A DNA stretch of 64,000 nucleotides from Octopus bimaculoides (taxonomy: Eukaryota): contig NC_068993.1 in NCBI RefSeq assembly GCF_001194135.2, forward strand, positions 64,341,923 to 64,405,922. Reading direction: 5' to 3'. Both the position numbers and the translations under genes were made by a program. The notes under the pieces are model-generated. The model was not told where the DNA came from, did no database searches, and saw only the letters and a list, made by a program, of their open reading frames with translations. Shown piece after piece: positions 39,291-52,276 of this stretch; positions within the stretch are counted from its first letter, which is position 1; every line of letters starts with the position of its first letter.

Positions 39291-40329
39291 CATACAGACA
39301 TATATAAATACAAAAATACTCTGTTGTTGATATTGAAATTCCAATAAAGGAGCCTTGAATCTAGGTTAGAAACCGGCTCTTTCTCTATTGGCAAGAAATC
39401 TTAAAATAAAAGTTAATAATGACATACATTCATATATTTGACGATTACGGACCATACCTTTCAAAATGCAGTGTACGTGGACATATTACAGAAAAGCTTC
39501 TCTTAGGGTGGTGGTAATATTTCAAAGAATTATAATTTTATAAAAAAACTAATTGATCTGAGAAACGGCGACTCTTCAGCTCCGTGTTTTGCGTTTTAAT
39601 GTTTTAACGCCAACGTCTCCGCCTATAATTTGTTCAACAGTGAAAAATGAATTTCATTTAAGGATGGACAACATTTGTCTTATATCAACCAAATTATTTT
39701 ATAGTTTTAGTTTACGACTATTTACGTTTTGAATTCAAGTTCTTTCCCGATCCCTTTTGCCTTTCATCTATTTTAAGAGGTTGAAGTATGTTCGAAATAA
39801 TGACGAGATTATTCGTGCCATAGAATTGAACACTAATTCCTGAAACCAGTGAAATCATAAATGTATTAGACAATTAAATACGGCGATATATCATGACATA
39901 TTCAATTCATGACTAAATCCAAGTCATTTGAATCACGTTATTGATTTCATTGATTATCACTATACCAAGAATAACAATATCGTGAAATCCATATTTCCAA
40001 AAATTGAAAACTAGTTCAGGGAGGGTGGTCACGATTGGACTATTTCATCATATGTCACATTTATCGACTTTTAACAGTGACTAAGAAGGATTAAGAAACA
40101 AACCACTTGCTTCTCGGTAGAATATTTTTCGGTCTCGATATTTCTTCCAATATTTCTCCCTTATCTTTACTTCTGGAGTTCAAATACCAGCAAAGTGTAA
40201 TTATCCTTTTGATTCTTTAATGAACGATAAACTACATCTTGGTCAAGTTCTTTGATTGATATAATCGACTGATTTTTCCCTCTGAAATTTTGGGGTGCGT
40301 CTAATAAAATACGTTTTAATAGTTATAAC

Positions 40330-40452
40330 GACTTCTTACGTTCTGCGTTCGAATCGTACTGAGGTAAAGTTTGTCTTTCATCCTTCCAAGGTTGCAGACA
40401 AGGAATACTAATCAAGTAACGAGTTAAAATTTATCAAATAGGTTCATTCCTC
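40330..40452 (+). mobile_element. SINE family B fragment
   Basis: ttacgttctgcgttcgaatc...gtttgtctttcatccttcc is the forward form of family B. Confidence 0.6.
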
Positions 40453-41115
40453 AAATGTCTGGCCATATCCATATATTAGACACGATTACTATTTTCACTG
40501 AGCAGAAATATAATAACCACGTTGCTATAAAATTAATTCGAAGCGAGCTCTGTATCTGGAGTGCCTCTGCATTGCCGGGGTGCGTTTACGTATATATTAG
40601 AACAAGAGAATTGATTTTTTTTTATATTTTAATTCATCAAGTCTCAGATAAAACTAGATTTTATATGTGACAATTAAAAATGAGTTAAGGAAAATAATTG
40701 GCATGGTTCACTGACATAAATTTGGATAATTAAGTTAAAATCTGGTTTACCAATTGAAATTCCCGCACTGATGCACTTTTTAAAAAAATTAGCGTCAATT
40801 ATTTGTGAAAAGTGAGGATTATTTCTAAAAGATTAGGAATTAATTTCTGAAGTTAACTAAAAAGTTTTGAAATAGGAATGTCTTTATTTGTATAGTTGGC
40901 AGGAGATAACAGTAGAGATGTTCCAGTGTATTAGACCTCGTTAACATTTACATGTGATAGACTGTCCACTGAAAATCCAACCATGACCATCTCATCCAAC
41001 ACAACAACATCTAGAGTTGGGAAGAGCTAGTAGGATTTCAATAAAATATTTACAACTAGACATGCTATTTGATGATGGTGAGGATAGAAATAACAACAAA
41101 CCGTACTTAAAGAGT

Positions 41116-41225
41116 AGGTGCGTGACGTAGTGACTAGGGTGTTGCACTCGCGATCGTCAGATAGTGAGTTCGATTCCTAGACCAGGTGGTGTGTTAAGTT
41201 CTTCAGAAAAACACTTCATTTTGCT
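41116..41225 (+). mobile_element. tRNA-like SINE head (family C type)
   Basis: A-box-like tgacgtagtgactagg, gcactcgcgatc and B-box gagttcgattcctagacc, as at 55400-55472. Confidence 0.65.
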
Positions 41226-41453
41226 GTTGTGTTGTTTGGGGACCGGCATGCCAAAGGTAGATCCATCGTTTTCAATGCGAGTCATATAATGCGACTAAAA
41301 GAGATTGAGGTAGAATTTACACTCTCAGATGCAGGAATGCGCCGTTACTGCATTTTCTCCTTTATTCCTACTTCTATTACTACTCCTTTAAATGAAGCGT
41401 TGTACAGTTTTAAAAATGAAGTGCACATTTAAAAATATAGATGTGTGTGTGTG

Positions 41454-41507
<54 letters not shown>

Positions 41508-42098
41508 GAAATAAGTATATAGCGCTAAAATTAAATTTAGAACACGGGTTAATTATGTGTTCTATAGGTTTGAACGTAGATCTCGTTGATCTCAGTTCGA
41601 CGGGGTTAAAACAACAAAAACGTCTTCAATGTGGAACTCTAGAATTTTATTAATACATGTTTGAGTAACATTTATAGGATGATTAGGAATAAATACTACT
41701 CATTTGATATATATTCCTGCATTGCTATCAGGCAGAGGAACATTAGTCTTTTTAAAGCGAAAGGCATAAATTAAAATTCAAAAACAAACAAGAAAAAAAA
41801 CAGAAGCGTCTCATAAAAACATACTTGGTAGTATAATAGTGGTTCTTAATGGCAGACTTCTTATTGTTGTTTAATACAAAACTTCAACCGATTTAATATT
41901 AATGAACTCTATTCTTCAACAATTTGTTATTTTATAACGTTATTTATTCAGTAACAAAAATATATTTAACATAACACTAAAAAAATAACAACACCAGAAA
42001 GAAAATGCTGAAAGAGCTGCTCATATGCGTGTGGGTACATGTTTGACTATGTTGATATATAGCTTGATGGATGTAGATATATGCATACATCCACACAG

Positions 42099-42140
<42 letters not shown>

Positions 42141-42301
42141 CTGTGTATATATGTATACATTTATATCTATACAAACGTATACTTATCTACACACACACAC
42201 ATAAATCCATACATACGCACACGCATATAAATATGTATATCCTTGTGTACATGCTTGTAAGTTCATGCTTGTATATACATTTATATATACATTGTATATA
42301 C

Positions 42302-42335
<34 letters not shown>

Positions 42336-42964
42336 NNNNNNNNNNNNNNNNNNNNNNNNNNNNNNNNNNNNNNNNNNNNNNNNNNNNNNNNNNNNNNNNN
42401 NNNNNNNNNNNNNNNNNNNNNNNNNNNNNNNNNNNNNNNNNNNNNNNNNNNNNNNNNNNNNNNNNNNNNNNNNNNNNNNNNNNNNNNNNNNNNNNNNNNN
42501 NNNNNNNNNNNNNNNNNNNNNNNNNNNNNNNNNNNNNNNNNNNNNNNNNNNNNNNNNNNNNNNNNNNNNNNNNNNNNNNNNNNNNNNNNNNNNNNNNNNN
42601 NNNNNNNNNNNNNNNNNNNNNNNNNNNNNNNNNNNNNNNNNNNNNNNNNNNNNNNNNNNNNNNNNNNNNNNNNNNNNNNNNNNNNNNNNNNNNNNNNNNN
42701 NNNNNNNNNNNNNNNNNNNNNNNNNNNNNNNNNNNNNNNNNNNNNNNNNNNNNNNNNNNNNNNNNNNNNNNNNNNNNNNNNNNNNNNNNNNNNNNNNNNN
42801 NNNNNNNNNNNNNNNNNNNNNNNNNNNNNNNNNNNNNNNNNNNNNNNNNNNNNNNNNNNNNNNNNNNNNNNNNNNNNNNNNNNNNNNNNNNNNNNNNNNN
42901 NNNNNNNNNNNNNNNNNNNNNNNNNNNNNNNNNNNNNNNNNNNNNNNNNNNNNNNNNNNNNNNN
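42336..42964. other. Assembly gap (N-run)
   Basis: N-run flanked by (TA)n. Confidence 1.
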
Positions 42965-43041
<77 letters not shown>

Positions 43042-43659
43042 GTCTATGTATATATTTAAATATTTAATGTTGGCATCTTCTTCTTCTCTTGTTTTTCTTT
43101 AATGTATTTATGTCGTTTTTTTCTTTCCGGATTGCAATGAAGTCAGTTTCGATTTTCGCCTCAGGTTATGTAATTCTTTGACAAAAAATGTTATAATAAT
43201 GATAAGGAGAAAAAGAACATGGAGAAGGAGGAAGGGGAGGGGGGAGGAGAAGAAGAAGAAGAAGAAGAAGTACAGCAACAACGACGACGACAATGATAAT
43301 GATGATGATGATAACGACAACAATTTAACAAATATATCGAAAATCATAAAATCCACCAAACTTGCGGAATGAACACACTTGGATTAATAACATCATGATA
43401 CGCCCATGTTTTCTGGAACGTCTTTGTAAATTACCTTAAAAGATAAATGTTTTTCCTCCTTTTCTTTTTCTTTTTTCCCCTTTTTAAATAATATACTCTA
43501 CTATTTCGTTGTAGCAGAATCCTGCAATTTGGAAGATGTGTTTTTTTCTTGTTTAGATGTGTGTTCAAGTAGGTAGCTTCTCATACATATATCTACACAC
43601 ATACACATGCACACACACACACACACACACACACGCATAGATATTTACACATAGACACA

Positions 43660-43704
<45 letters not shown>

Positions 43705-44423
43705 ATGCGTATACACATAGGGATGAATGTTACTAAATAATATAGTCAACATAATTTTATGTGCATTTATATATAATCGAAATACACAAACATACACTCA
43801 TGTGAATATATATATGAGTATATATTATATAACATATGCAATAAATAAACAGTATATAGGATATATAATGTAGGAGCACTGTACATATATAACGTACGTA
43901 ATGGAGAAATACTGTATATACAGACACGTACATATGTATATATATTGTATATATCCATTTATATATATAACAACATACGTTTTTCTTTTTTTTTTTTAGC
44001 TTGTTTCTCTCTATGCTCCTTATGTTAAATAATTGACTTTTCGTGCAAATCCTCATTTTAACGAAGTTCTTATTCACAGCAAAATGAAATCAATAACGAG
44101 ATGGAATAAACAAATAAACCGTCATTGTTCATTGCAACAACATATCAGGAATTCTACGATTGTTTTACGTTTTAAATCTTACTGTCTTCCATTTTATTTC
44201 ATTATTCAATTTTGTTTTTGCGGCACGTGTATATGCGAGTTATATATATATTTTTCCTTTTGTTGCTTTCTATCGTGTTTATGTCCTGCTGAAGTCAAAC
44301 TGAATTTTGTTTCATCATAATTTCATGCAACTTTGAAGACTATGGAAGCAAAACTCTTTTTGATATGACACACAATAAAGTGCAATATCATCAAATTAGT
44401 TAGGTATATTTATATATATATGC

Positions 44424-44456
<33 letters not shown>

Positions 44457-44687
44457 GATATAGATATATATGTGTGTGTGTATTGAGAGAGAGAGAGAGA
44501 GAGAGAGTGGAAGTGAAATGTAGCTATAAAGATAGATTGATAGATACATATAAACACAGATATATTTATACATATATGTGTGTATGTATTTATGCATATA
44601 TAAATGTGTAGATAGATATACATATATAAATATTTTTGTGTGTGTATATATGCAGGTAGTGTGATATGTTAGTTCGTATTTATGTGC

Positions 44688-44731
<44 letters not shown>

Positions 44732-45420
44732 CTCCTTCAAACCAATTTAGGTTATCGTCTTTGAATTTTTCTACTTCATTCCATTTGTCATACAGTCCAA
44801 TTATCTGCGGCGCCTTCTTTCCAAATATTCACAAATATACACATACTCTCACACCCGCACACACATGCACTTACACACACCCTTGCACACGCGTGTGTGT
44901 GTGTATGTGCATACGTGTGTGTGAGTGTGTGTGTGTGCCTGTGTGTGTCCGTATTTGTGTATCCATATTATTCGGAGCGTAAGAATCTTGTCGTTGCTGC
45001 AGCTCATCTCAATGTTATTTGTAAGAAAGATTTTCTGTAATAATTGCTCTCCTGACAAATGGTTTTTGTAGGAAATATAGAAAAATCATAGCAATATTGG
45101 AACGAAATATGCGCACCACATGTAGGATTTTGCGTCATTAACCATTTCTATTGTTCTATTCTATTTTTGAAGCCTTTCTCTCTTAATGAATCATTAATAT
45201 AATGAGCTTCTTAATTAAAGGATCGCCATAAAAGCATCAGCGGGATACACCTTTACAGCTATTATTCAAATGTTACTAAGTTTCCGGGGGATGGTTTTAA
45301 TTCTATTAATATACAGCAATCTTTAACTGGGTTTACTATAGGATAATTATTTAACTTTATTAAATCTTGAGTTATTTGTAAGGAATTAACTACACTTAAA
45401 TATTTGTCAAACAGTTTCTA

Positions 45421-45474
45421 TACAAGGTCTGATCAATAAGCAACAGTCCGGATACTTATTGATCATACTACGTA
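45421..45474. mobile_element. Collapsed 54-bp mariner-like mini-element (TIR remnants only)
   Basis: tacaaggtctgatcaataag versus the reverse complement of the right end, tacgtagtatgatcaataag (16/20); TA at both ends. Confidence 0.55.
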
Positions 45475-46110
45475 TGTTGAATTTCTTAGTCTCGGCACCG
45501 TTATGTACGGCCATTCACATTTAGCAAACTGAATTTCTCGCTTCATGATAAAGACCAGACTGTGCATGGCAGAATCCCCAAATCTCTAATGTTATCAATT
45601 AACAAACCACAGATACATGCTACGTCAAGGATTTATATTGAATAATTGCACTTCGTTACGTTTCTCCAAAAGCATCACTAATATTAGTGCCAAGCGTATG
45701 AAACTGAGCAAGGCCGCTAACGGTTTTTTGATGGTTTTTAAGGAGAGATCAAGATAGAGGCGGATAGAAATCTATTCTATCGAAATTCATGAGCTCACAA
45801 ATATGCATAAGTTTTTCTATTATTGTACCATTCGATAACTGATCAAATACGATTCCATAACAGAACATAAATAAATATTATAGTATTACTAATGCTGAAA
45901 TAGGAAATATTTATGACTCACTTTTAACTAAATTTATAAATACCCTTTTGAATCATCACACATACACACACACACATATTCGTTTACGAATTTGTGTTGC
46001 AACATTCCTGATGTGAAACCGTGTGCTGAAACAGATATTTTGGAATGGTGATATATTCGTCCTATATATTCGTTCTCCACTCGTTTATTACTGTTCTTAT
46101 TTCATCTTAT

Positions 46111-46161
46111 GGCTATTGATCGGAAATCTTTCGTCACACATCTATGACCTCTTCAGCAACC
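46111..46161 (-). ncRNA. Type I hammerhead-ribozyme-like motif with one core substitution
   Basis: ggttg CTGAAGA g gtcata-gatg-tgtgac GAAA gat-ttccg-atc aa tagcc: three stems in the right register, but position 16.1 is A rather than U. Confidence 0.45.
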
Positions 46162-47152
46162 CTTTCCGTCCTCGTGTGTCCTCCCGCTCTGCTCAAACCA
46201 GTCTGTCCTGTTCTCGTGCAAGAGGTTATGCACTTCAACTTCTTGATAATACAGCAAAACTTTGAAACTTACTGTTCTTTGAAAACTTACGATATTTTCG
46301 TCCGAGTCTCTTTTACTCTGATTGCTGTGTTGTGAACAAAAGATAATTCTCATATTTGTTAGATATTATCAACATATTAGAGGCTTTTTTATTTATGCCA
46401 TATATTTATAAATCATCGATAAAGGAATTTGGTTTCACAATATTATAAACAAAATGCATGTAGTTTTGTAAACTAAATTTATTTTTCTGAATAAATAAAA
46501 ATGCGAAGCAGATCTTCCACATTCTTTTTGAACTCTCCTTAGACTGGTAGGAACAATATTATTAACCTACAGAAAACATATGCGTGGAGAGAGCAATCAC
46601 ACAGTTACCGTAATATTTTGTTAATTCATTACAAATAACTTCAGTGTTTCATCACCACTAACTCCAGCTCCGGCACAATATATAAAAAGAACCCAGGTGT
46701 ATGCGATAGAATGATGAAATGTAAGTTTGATACTCCGTAGTTACATAAAGATGTTTATCAATAATTCGTAAATCATGTTTTAAGTGACCAAAGATTTTGC
46801 TCAGTTAATTTTGGTCATCAAAGTAACTGTTAGGTATTATTGTTTGTAAATTCAGCTTAGTTAATGGATCAATTTTACAAAATAAGGCTGAGAAATTTGG
46901 TAATTTAGAAGGTTTTATATGGACACAGGGCATCAAACATAAAGGGAAGAGAAAATGTGAATTAATGACTTGCATATTTGTTAGCATGGTTGAGTTTTTA
47001 AAGCATTCGCTTCACATTATATGGTTTTGGGCAGGCATTTGTTGAGGATAACTTTTCATGTGACCTTTATCATTGCTTAAGGTGGAACCAAGCCTTATCC
47101 GCAAAATTTCATGGACAGAAACTATTCATGGTTGCTGTTAGTAGACTCCACT

Positions 47153-47459
47153 TTATTTGAAAGCATTCGGGCCAAGTCTAGAGTCTGAAGTAACCGTCCC
47201 ACCATCTCTCACATATGTGAGAGGCATTGAAGAAAGATTATTGCGGTACACTTCCTCATCTAAGAAATCAAGCATATCTCTCGTCACTGATTTAAAATCT
47301 TGTTTGAAAGCTCGGACCAGGGCGTACTGGGACAAAGATAATCCAGGGAAAGACTGATTATTAAGTTTACAATGCAAGAACAAGGTTCTGCACAGTTCCC
47401 GAATTCTCTCGAAGTCTAGATCAATACGGAACTGCAGCAGAAACCCTACACAAAAGGAT
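47153..47459 (-). CDS. Possible terminal coding exon or RT-derived remnant (101 aa)
   Basis: Open frame of 107 codons stop-to-stop (extends the listed ORF by 31 codons), acceptor atttctctgcag at 47460, ends in TAA. SFCVGFLLQFRIDLDFERIRELC...AFKQDFKSVTRDMLDFL...YVRDGG. Confidence 0.3.
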
Positions 47460-49473
47460 CTGCAGAGAAATTGCTGCTATAAGGATTTCTGGCACTTGGA
47501 ACTCTGAATCTACATAATCTCCGAAACAGTCAAATGCTTCTCTTTTCACGGAAATGGTAAAATATAGTAATACAAAATATTAATGGTGCAATCCTTCCTG
47601 AGAAGTTTCTTTTATTTTCTTACCCACAAAAGGAAACAATATCACATAAAGTTTACTACAGAACGTAAGTAATATTAAACAAAAATTAGTAAAACTAAAA
47701 TAAAACTAATATTAATGAACAACAATTATATAAACAAATTAAAAAAGCAGGCAATAAAACAATACAGAACGAAGTAGAACGCAATAAAATATATCAGAGA
47801 CTAATACATCTATTTAAATTAAACTAACCACACACACAAAATTCTTACATGAATTAAATATATTAATAGATGAACACATTATCAAAATCCTTATCATGCA
47901 TAACACAAGATGCATCGCAGCAGAGCATAAACTAACTCTAATACTATACAACAAACAAAAATTGTATTGAAACCTTCTTATTAATAACAAGCTGCCAACC
48001 TGTAATCCAGTGAACAAGTTTCTAGTGAGCAATGTGATTTACGAGTTTGATTAAGTTGTAAAATTTATGACTCGAGTTTTACATTCACAGTAATTTCCCC
48101 ACCCCCACCCTTCATTCACTTTCAACAAAGATCAAACGCAATGCATTACATCACACAACAAAAGAAATCTAGATAAGAAAATATTAGTAAACATCGCATC
48201 TATCTTATTCCTCATAAAAATATACGATTATCGTACAGTACAATACACACAAATAATATACAACCACAAATATGGAACGCTCCCGAGTTGCTCCGGTACT
48301 GGCTTTCATAGATTAGCGGGTAAAAGTGTGAAAAGCGCAAATATTCAATTCTGGTAGCATAGTCAACCTTATTCTCCTTGGCCTTGTTGTATAAGGTTGA
48401 GGCACACACTAATAAGAATTCTGTTACTGAAGTAACGATCACTAAACTACATATCGACGTCGAAGACTTAAGACAAATACATGACCTTGACGACGACCAC
48501 CACCACCACGACGATGATGATGATGATGATGATTGTGGTGATTCCCTCTCAATCTCTCAAATCACAATCTCTTGCAAATTCTGATGACTCACTTCTACCT
48601 TGAATACTCCTCATTACAACAGATCAAACATCTTGTACTTAAATATAGTCCAATGCCACCATTTTTGTATTCAAGACTCTCAGCCCAGGATCCATTTCTT
48701 CTTTCCAAGTCTCCACCTATAGTCGAACTGTTTTCCCGCCACATTCTGGATATTGGTATCATTTCCGACCGTCTTTCCGTCTTCCACTACCAACCACTTT
48801 TGGTACTTCTCTGTTTCCATTCTGCCACCCAACCTCCCTAGCGTATACTTCGGCGTTTTTTATCTCACCACAATTAATCTTGCTGAGGTCCACATCATTC
48901 CAGAAAGCCGTCTCACTTTTTAAGATACGTCCGTATTCTGGACTTAATAGAAAGATACAGATAAATGGATATGTACCATAATATATAATTGCATCTATGC
49001 AGAGGTGAGATTGAGAATGGGAGGCGGGCATAACTGCAGTTTGATTTTTTTAATACCTTTTGGAAAATTTCATATTTGCATTTTGTAGGGAAAGGTTTTT
49101 GATAGAATACATTGCGATTATGTTGATAAAATTTTGAAGACTTCTTTTAGGGAAGAATATTGCGTTCTTCTTTCTTCGATTCCGTTCTCATCATAAATAT
49201 CTATAACTTTAGTATTTTTCAGTTTTCTGTTAAATTATATTTTTGAAACATCAATATTATGTAATTTAGATTCTCGAAAACGTACTTCTGTAAGATATCA
49301 AGTTAAACGAAAAGAAATTCGAGAAAGAGAGAAATTCTCCTCTAAATTATTTTAATGTTAACATACTCTGGAAACTGTATCTCTGCTATTTTTTATTAAA
49401 ACATGCAGTTTTAGGAATCTTGTAAAGAAATAAATTCGGTCGGCACCAAATTTTGTTTCTTTAAAACTCACCT

Positions 49474-49855
49474 GCGAGTGTGTGGGGAGAAGTTTGCTTC
49501 TCAACCACAGGGTTTCGGGTTCAGTCCCACTGCGTGGCACCTTGGGCAAGTGACTTCTACTATAGCTTCGGGCCGACCAAAGTCTTCTGAGTGGAATTGA
49601 TACACGGAAACTGTATCAATATATATATATATATATGCGTGTGTCTGTATTTGTCCCCCTATCACTGTTTGACAACCTGCGTTGGTGTGTTTACGTCCCT
49701 ATAACTTAACGGTTCGGCAAAAAGAGATTCAATGAATAAGTAGCAAGCTTGAAGAATAAGTCCTGCGATCGATTTGTTTGACTAAAATGCTCCAAAGCGG
49801 TCCTCCAGCCTGGCCGCAATCAATTTACTGAAACAAGTAAAAGAATAAAAGAACA
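49474..49855 (+). mobile_element. Near full-length tRNA-derived SINE, family A, with internal (AT)n
   Basis: Head with B-box-like gggttcagtcccactgcgtggcaccttgggcaag, internal microsatellite, and tail ...tggccgcaatcaatttactgaaacaagtaaaagaataaaagaa. Confidence 0.85.
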
Positions 49856-50760
49856 NNNNNNNNNNNNNNNNNNNNNNNNNNNNNNNNNNNNNNNNNNNNN
49901 NNNNNNNNCAGTAATGTACAAAATTATATTTGGTATATTGGAGACATTCGGTTTTCCATACGTTACACAAGTGAACAAAAGCTCCGAATGGCAAAATCTA
50001 TTAAATGGACTTCATTTCCGTTCTGTAGTCTATGCGTCATGATTCTGAATTTCACCGTTTGTATGTGGTCCCTGTGTTACAATTAGTTCGCCGACGACAG
50101 CAGAAGGATTGCGTGTCTGACAGCAATTCAAGAGCCACCGTAATATTGGAATAGCATGTAAAATTTTTCAGAACATGAAAAGTCGCCAAAATTCTTTCGA
50201 AATTTGTTTTCCTTTTGAATTAAAAGGAATCAGTTTCGTTAACAATTAAAAATATAATTAGTTCATATACCATCTCTAAACGAGAAGAACATCCTATTTA
50301 CTATCCTTGGACTAGGAGAAAAGTTTTGTTTCAATTAATTGCTTTATAATTCTCCAAAATAGAAGAAACTAAGTAAGAAAAGCAACGGAGATTAGCAGAG
50401 GAAAGAAAAAAAGGAAGTGAAATTTGATAAAACTTAAATTACATTTCTTGTATGTTGTATTTGCTGCTATTAATCATGGTGGAAAAAATATCGGTGGCGT
50501 TGCGTGTGTCTTTTTGATGGTGTTGGCGATATCTGAATGTTTTGCTGTTATTTGGAAAAGCGGCAAAGTGTTGTTGTTGTTGCAGTTGTTGTTATTAGCT
50601 GTGGTGTGTGTGTGTGTGTGTGTGTGTGTTAATCCCTCCTACCCTAATCAGACTTCTTCTATCCTATCATCTTCCGTATCGTAATGTAATCGTTATCGTT
50701 TTAATTCCTTTCTCGCTTTCAACTTAACCACACAACCCCAAGCCCCTCACATACAGGCAC

Positions 50761-50803
<43 letters not shown>

Positions 50804-50915
50804 CGCACTCATACATACTTACACACACGTATAACATACTATCATACACATATACATCTGCACATTCAAATACACACATGCGTTAGTCCACGGACTCACA
50901 ACACATACACATACA

Positions 50916-50956
<41 letters not shown>

Positions 50957-52235
50957 GCACGCACATGCAATCCCATCCACTTTTCAAACGCACACACGTG
51001 CGCACGCACGCACGCACACACGCAAATCTACACAAACAAAACAAGGAATATTTTAATTTTTGCTTTCATTTCATTTTGCTTCCGTTATCTCAATTGGTTA
51101 TCTCACATTTACACCAATTTATTGATTTATAGCAAATTTTCTTCAAATTAGCATGAAATGTTTTCAACACACACACACATCATCATTATCATCATCATCA
51201 GCCAAGTGGTGGGAAGAGTAGAAGTGAGAGTGAGGGCGGTTTCATTTTGTTTTGATTGCGTTTGGATGTTTGTTTATTAACTTTTGGGTTCTGGCGGTTA
51301 CTTCCATTGTTGATATTGTTATCTCAATGGTTGTTGTCGTCATCGACGTTGTTGTTGCTTTTCTGGTTGTTGCTGTTGTTATGTATACTGGGTGATTTCT
51401 TCTTTTCCCGAATTCACACAGGATTTTTAGATTTAAATGGAAGAGGTGGATGTTTAGAGAAGCGGCAAACTGAGAAGATCGTTAAACTCTTGGATAGAAT
51501 GCCTTGCGGTATTTGCTCTGAATCCCTGATTTCAAATCTCGTCGAGGTCAACTTTACTTTCCATTCTTCTCGGATCAATAGGTTTTGTTAAAATACTGGA
51601 ATTGTTCTCTTTCTCTAACTGTCTCTTTGTCTCACTCTCTCTTTTTCTCTCTCTTCCCTCTCCCCCTCTCTTTCTCTCTCTTTTTCTCCCAGATTCGGTT
51701 ACGTTACACCGTGAGAAGTGTTGAGGTAAAACATTAAAAACGTCCTTTTCCCTAGAGATAGAAAAAGACAAAGTCAGAGGTTAATAATCGTTTCTCGGAA
51801 AATATAAACTGTTATGCAATTAGATACCTTTCGAGAGCGGTTCCTTGTTGGGTGAGGCACGGCACTGTGAAGGAAAATAATCCTCTTTTTCTTTTATTTT
51901 CGTGGATCAAATTCTAAATTGTTGCTCTGAATTGTTACGAGGATTGTCACGATCCGGCTGTTACATGGTCTACGTTTATATTTGTCCTAGAGTGCTAGTT
52001 TCCTTCTATGTAGAGGAAACAGCGTGTCAATAAATGAATATCAGTTATATATTCCACTAAACACTTTCTGCAAATGTCTGCAAGTGTGTTTCGCTGTGCC
52101 CTTGGGTCGATCTCAAGTTTGTGAGTGAAACTGGTGGGGATGGAATAACATCATAAATGCTTGAGCGGTAAACAAGTGTTGAAAATTATGAACTGTTTTA
52201 AAGCGCGAGCTCTGAATCTAAAGTCTTACTTTAAT

Positions 52236-52276
52236 CAAAGTGTAATGAGAAGCAAAGTGTAATGAGAAGCAAAGTG
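52236..52276. repeat. 17-bp tandem duplication caaagtgtaatgagaag (x2.4)
   Basis: Directly visible. Confidence 0.9.

Noticed and set aside
48869-48942. Minus-strand candidate exon PEYGRILKSETAFWNDVDLSKINC
   Set aside because: Ends in phase 1 while the 47.4 kb candidate starts in phase 2; no homology recognised.
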